This document shows, in pieces, positions 61,301-64,000 of a DNA stretch of 64,000 nt. Location of the stretch: positions 201,491 through 265,490 of the forward strand of contig NW_008246109.1 of assembly GCF_000281045.1 (NCBI RefSeq), in the 5' to 3' direction. A model generated the notes under the pieces. It was not told where the DNA came from, did no database searches, and saw only the letters and a program-made list of their open reading frames with translations. Numbering within the stretch: position 1 is the stretch's first letter; every line of letters starts with the position of its first letter. Source of the DNA: Saprolegnia diclina VS20 (taxonomy: Eukaryota). The position numbers and the translations under genes were made by a program.

Positions 61301-62408
61301 CCGCGATTCGCAGAAGCTGCTCGAGTACTTTGTGTCGATCCCCGGCACGGAGGAGATCCGCCCGCAGTACAACCCGGCGACGTACATGCTTGAAGTCACT
61401 GGTGCCGGTATCGGCCGCGACACCAAGGACTACTCGGTCGAGTACGCCAAGAGCGAGCTCGGCGCGCGCAACTTTGCCAAGACGCAGCACCTCTGCCAGC
61501 CGTCGCCCGACTTTGTGGCCTTTTCGACCGTCAACTACACGCCGATGGCCACCGGCCTCAAGAACCAGCTCAAGGAGTGCATCTGGAAGGCAATGCAGAC
61601 GTACTGGCGGTCGCCGTCGTACAACTTTGTGCGCCTCGCGTCGTTCCCGTGGTTTGCGATCGTGTTTGGCACGACCTTCTGGCAGCTCGATCGCATCACG
61701 GAAGCGCAGATCAAGTCGCACGTCGGCCTCATCTACAACAGTATGGATTTCATCGGTATCATCCACTTGATGACGGTGCTCGACATTACGTGCCTCGAGC
61801 GCGCCGTCTTCTACCGTGAACGCATGTCCAACTACTACGGCCCGCTCCCGTACTCGCTCTCGCTCTTCTTCTCGGAGATCCCGTACCTCATCGTCGCCGT
61901 CACGACATTCGTCGTCCTCGAGTTCTTCATGGTCGGCTGGGACTCGAGCTACTTCTTCTTCTTCCTCCTCACGTTCTTCCTCTACACGTCTGTGTGCACG
62001 TTCGTGGGCCAGTGGATGTGCGCGCTCTGCCCCAACACCAAGGTCGCCAACGTGGCCGTCGGTGCCATCTCGTGCGTCTTCAACCTCTTCTCGGGTTTCC
62101 TCCTCCCGTACCCGGGCATGAAGAGCTGGTACAGCTGGATCCAGTACATTGTGCCGTCGAGCTACTCGCTCCGCGCGCTCGCGGTCTCGCAGCTCGGCAT
62201 TTGCAACGACGATGGTACTGGCAACGCGTGCGCCAAGGTGCTCGGCATGAACGGCACGGATATTACCGTCGCCAAGTACGTCCAGAACAACTTCCAGTTC
62301 AACCCGGACGACCGCTGGTACTATGTCCTCGTCCTCGCGGGCATGTGGGTCATCCTCCAAGTGTGCATTTACCTCACGTTCAAGTACGTCAGCCACCTCA
62401 AGAGATAG
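58335..62408 (+). CDS. Full-size ABCG/PDR transporter, intronless
   Basis: NBD-TMD-NBD-TMD. NPGSGKST, CSGGERKR, GATGAGKTT, LSVEQKKRVTIGVE. INR/FPR TCATTGTCCAATTTGC upstream. Confidence 0.96.
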   Translation: MSKPQHKQPLLDAENEQLPEVYNSLHFRSVQDPYRTVASDRMSVYSTLHAGHGVDTMLEGGLERFYEKYKHLSKKVNMHLATPEVRFENLSYTVQAREMTLAEKQGTVGSYFTRMLTPWVKKRFYEQKVLHPMSGIIKPGTMTLILANPGSGKSTFLKALAGKLQNNKACEVGGEITFSGLKSTEVDPMKIVGLVDQRDNHCPTLTVRETFKFADMCLNGSPESQPEEVREVAKLRTEMILHLLGLGNCADTVVGDALLRGCSGGERKRVTVGEMLVGGQSVFLCDEISTGLDSAATYDIVQSLRTWSKTLGGSVVIALLQPTPEVVELFDDIIMMNEGHLVYHGPRTSILPYFENLGFYCPLRTDPADFLIDVTSGRGKKYLLPEDRNRAIPIHAHEYSKVFFESEMYQTSLKAINDGFNVAAMQDQADFEKMKSVTAIARTKETSPFALPFLASTLLLLGRQKTLWIRDKPLLWGKLAEAIIVGLCMGAIYYQADTKYFLRMLFFSCAVFQRQAWQQITIAYALREIFYKQRARNFYRTLSYTIAESVVQMPVNLAVSLLMTTFFYFMSGLSPNAGTFVTFVVICVCFQHAICAYMTMLSSISPSITIGQTLAAFSVCFFLLFSGNIILTDLIPSYWRWMFWFNPLAWGLRAVVVNEFRNGDYTPEARAANLKSVQMTQFGTEYVVYGIIVLLAYYFLFTGLNTLVLHFIRYERRFGVSGGSKVGEDDDDSVYVEVQTPGGTMVKQDMAPKNDGLSFIPANLCIRNLDYYVTLPTKVERQLLNNISAYFQPGKMTALMGATGAGKTTLMDVIAGRKTGGRIVGDIIINGEPKNPANFSRITAYCEQMDIHSEMATIGEALWFSANLRLPEDITYEEKRKLVTETLDLLELNGIINEQVGHLSVEQKKRVTIGVEVVANPSILFLDEPTSGLDARSATIVMKGVQSIARTGRTVLCTIHQPSITIFELFDSLLLLQRGGFTAYFGELGRDSQKLLEYFVSIPGTEEIRPQYNPATYMLEVTGAGIGRDTKDYSVEYAKSELGARNFAKTQHLCQPSPDFVAFSTVNYTPMATGLKNQLKECIWKAMQTYWRSPSYNFVRLASFPWFAIVFGTTFWQLDRITEAQIKSHVGLIYNSMDFIGIIHLMTVLDITCLERAVFYRERMSNYYGPLPYSLSLFFSEIPYLIVAVTTFVVLEFFMVGWDSSYFFFFLLTFFLYTSVCTFVGQWMCALCPNTKVANVAVGAISCVFNLFSGFLLPYPGMKSWYSWIQYIVPSSYSLRALAVSQLGICNDDGTGNACAKVLGMNGTDITVAKYVQNNFQFNPDDRWYYVLVLAGMWVILQVCIYLTFKYVSHLKR

Positions 62409-62795
62409 GCGACTCGTGCCATTGCGTACCAACTGCATCGTGTAACTACAATCGATTTTGCATTTCAAAAGTGGTGTTGCTCAGGACGACGCAAGACGAG
62501 CGATGGGTACACGCGCCTCCTGAGGTTCAATTTGAGTTCGTCAGACAGAAACCGTCGGACAGATGTTGCAGACTCACTCGGTTTCGGGATGACCTTCCAG
62601 ACGCCAGAGTCCATCAAATGTTTGTTGATCATGAGCAATGTCAGTAGTAATTGTTGGCCGAAATTTCGGCACCACCCGTGCGTCCATGTCGACGTCGCGG
62701 GCGCCAACAGCCGCCGCGCCCGTCTCTCGTTCGCGTCGTCCTCTACATGCAAACGAGAAGTCGAGACGTGGACTCTGCAACTCACTCGATCTGCC

Positions 62796-63308
62796 ATGCT
62801 GCCGCCCGTCTCGACGAGTGCGCTCAACCACACGCGCGTCGGCATCCAGCGCGCGGTCGTGAGCGTACCGCACAAGGATGCGAGTCCGCGCGACCAAGAC
62901 GTTGCGTTCGTGCTCCGGGTCACGCACCACGACGCAGCGCACGTCATTCAGCGCGACTGGCCCGCGTTCCTCAAGCTCAAGATGGACCTTTTGCATGCGC
63001 TCGGTGCGGGCCACGCGTGCCCCGGTGTCTGCGTCTGGCTCTGGGAAGACCTGCACCACAACTTTGACCGACCGGCGTCGAGCGGCAGCCTCGCCGCGTG
63101 GTGGCACATGCTGCGCAGCGTGCACACAAAGGAGACGCTCCAGATCTTTCTCCGCCATTTCCAAGAACTCCTCGACTCGCTTCTCCGCGTGCTCCACGCC
63201 GACGACGTCAAGTGCCCGCGCTTCCGCCACGTCACGAGCGTTCTCTGCGCGTTCCTCGACATTGAGCCCAAGAAGCGCGTTTGCAGTCGCGCCTCGAGCT
63301 TACCATAG
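62796..63308 (+). CDS. PX-like domain hypothetical protein
   Basis: VAFVLRV...IQRDWPAFLKLKMDLL...LCAFL pattern. Codon bias begins at this ATG. Confidence 0.6.
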   Translation: MLPPVSTSALNHTRVGIQRAVVSVPHKDASPRDQDVAFVLRVTHHDAAHVIQRDWPAFLKLKMDLLHALGAGHACPGVCVWLWEDLHHNFDRPASSGSLAAWWHMLRSVHTKETLQIFLRHFQELLDSLLRVLHADDVKCPRFRHVTSVLCAFLDIEPKKRVCSRASSLP

Positions 63309-63720
63309 CACCCAACAGACGCTAAAGTCCATAGAATCATGTAATAGTATATCAATCAAGTTAGTACCAAGATGCTCTCAGTACGAAGCCATCGCGTCGT
63401 CCAAGTTCTTAGTTTTACTAAATGTCCAATCGACCCAGCCAGTATACCGGTATTCTGACCAATCGTCATCGAGGTCTAGGCTGCAAGCGCGTCGCTCTCA
63501 CTAACTAGGGAGCATTGTCGCGCAGGGCTAGCTATCGCCTCGTTGATGCGAGTCTGCCCGACGTACGTTGCTCGCCTCGATCGCCCTTGTCATGCCAATC
63601 AAATCCCAACAATTGCGTGTTTCTAGTCTCCCAAGAAATGGCATGAATTTCAGCCAATGGCCTTGCGCGAAGTGCTATGGGATGGTCACTGGTCGTCGCC
63701 CGTTTGGCCCATTTTCCATC

Positions 63721-64000
63721 ATGGCTCCGTCCCTCGCCAAGAAGCTCGAGCTGCTCCGCGCCGAGGCCGCGGACCTCGGCGAGTACATGTCCGACGACGA
63801 AGGCGAGACCTTCGACGTCTCGTCGCTCAAGGCCGAAAAAGACGCCTTCACGCACGACTTTTCCACGTGCATCGTCGTCGACAAGGCGCCGGTCGTGACA
63901 GCCGCCAAGTACGACAAGCTCCTCGCCATGTTCAACCGCCTCGTGGCGCAGATCGGCCCGGTCGTTGCGATCGACATGCCGTACCTTCCGGCCAAGGCAG
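63721..64000 (+). CDS. EIF3B: eIF3 subunit B (PRT1), 5' partial
   Basis: CIVVDKAPVVTAAKYDKLLAMFNRLVAQIG...IDMP matches the eIF3b N-terminal RRM. Runs off the window end. Confidence 0.8.
   Translation, partial: MAPSLAKKLELLRAEAADLGEYMSDDEGETFDVSSLKAEKDAFTHDFSTCIVVDKAPVVTAAKYDKLLAMFNRLVAQIGPVVAIDMPYLPAKA

Noticed and set aside
58551..62468. 1305-aa antisense ORF over the PDR gene
   Set aside because: Shadow ORF expected from strong GC3 bias; exactly antiparallel to a real gene and has no motifs.

Overview
Gene-dense, GC-rich eukaryotic DNA with many short (~45-65 nt) GT-AG introns, INR/FPR-type core promoter motifs and an M96-like gene. Together these point to an oomycete, probably Saprolegniales; this is an inference. 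About 25 protein-coding genes can be supported: NDR kinase, TMEM267, ABCC and PDR/ABCG transporters, an SR/RRM protein, SF3B6, UROS, Met-tRNA formyltransferase, an App1-like HAD phosphatase, mitochondrial intermediate peptidase, Nudix, PA200, PP1, GPAT, a UBL protein, Mpo1, C1D, PEX10, partial eIF3b and others. The window also holds one intact tRNA-Val(GAC), one degenerate tRNA, a 319-bp foldback element with a 9-bp direct repeat, three local gene or gene-fragment duplications and a 614-N assembly gap. The most notable items are: (1) an intron-containing gene encoding only the bipartite Tc3-transposase DNA-binding domain plus an acidic tail, on an 83-bp bidirectional promoter (candidate domesticated transcription factor); (2) a G34 tRNA-Val; (3) a membrane-anchored App1-like phosphatase with seven TPFG beta-repeats; (4) a spliced 50-aa microprotein. 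Exon boundaries were read by eye and family calls come from motif recognition, not database searches.
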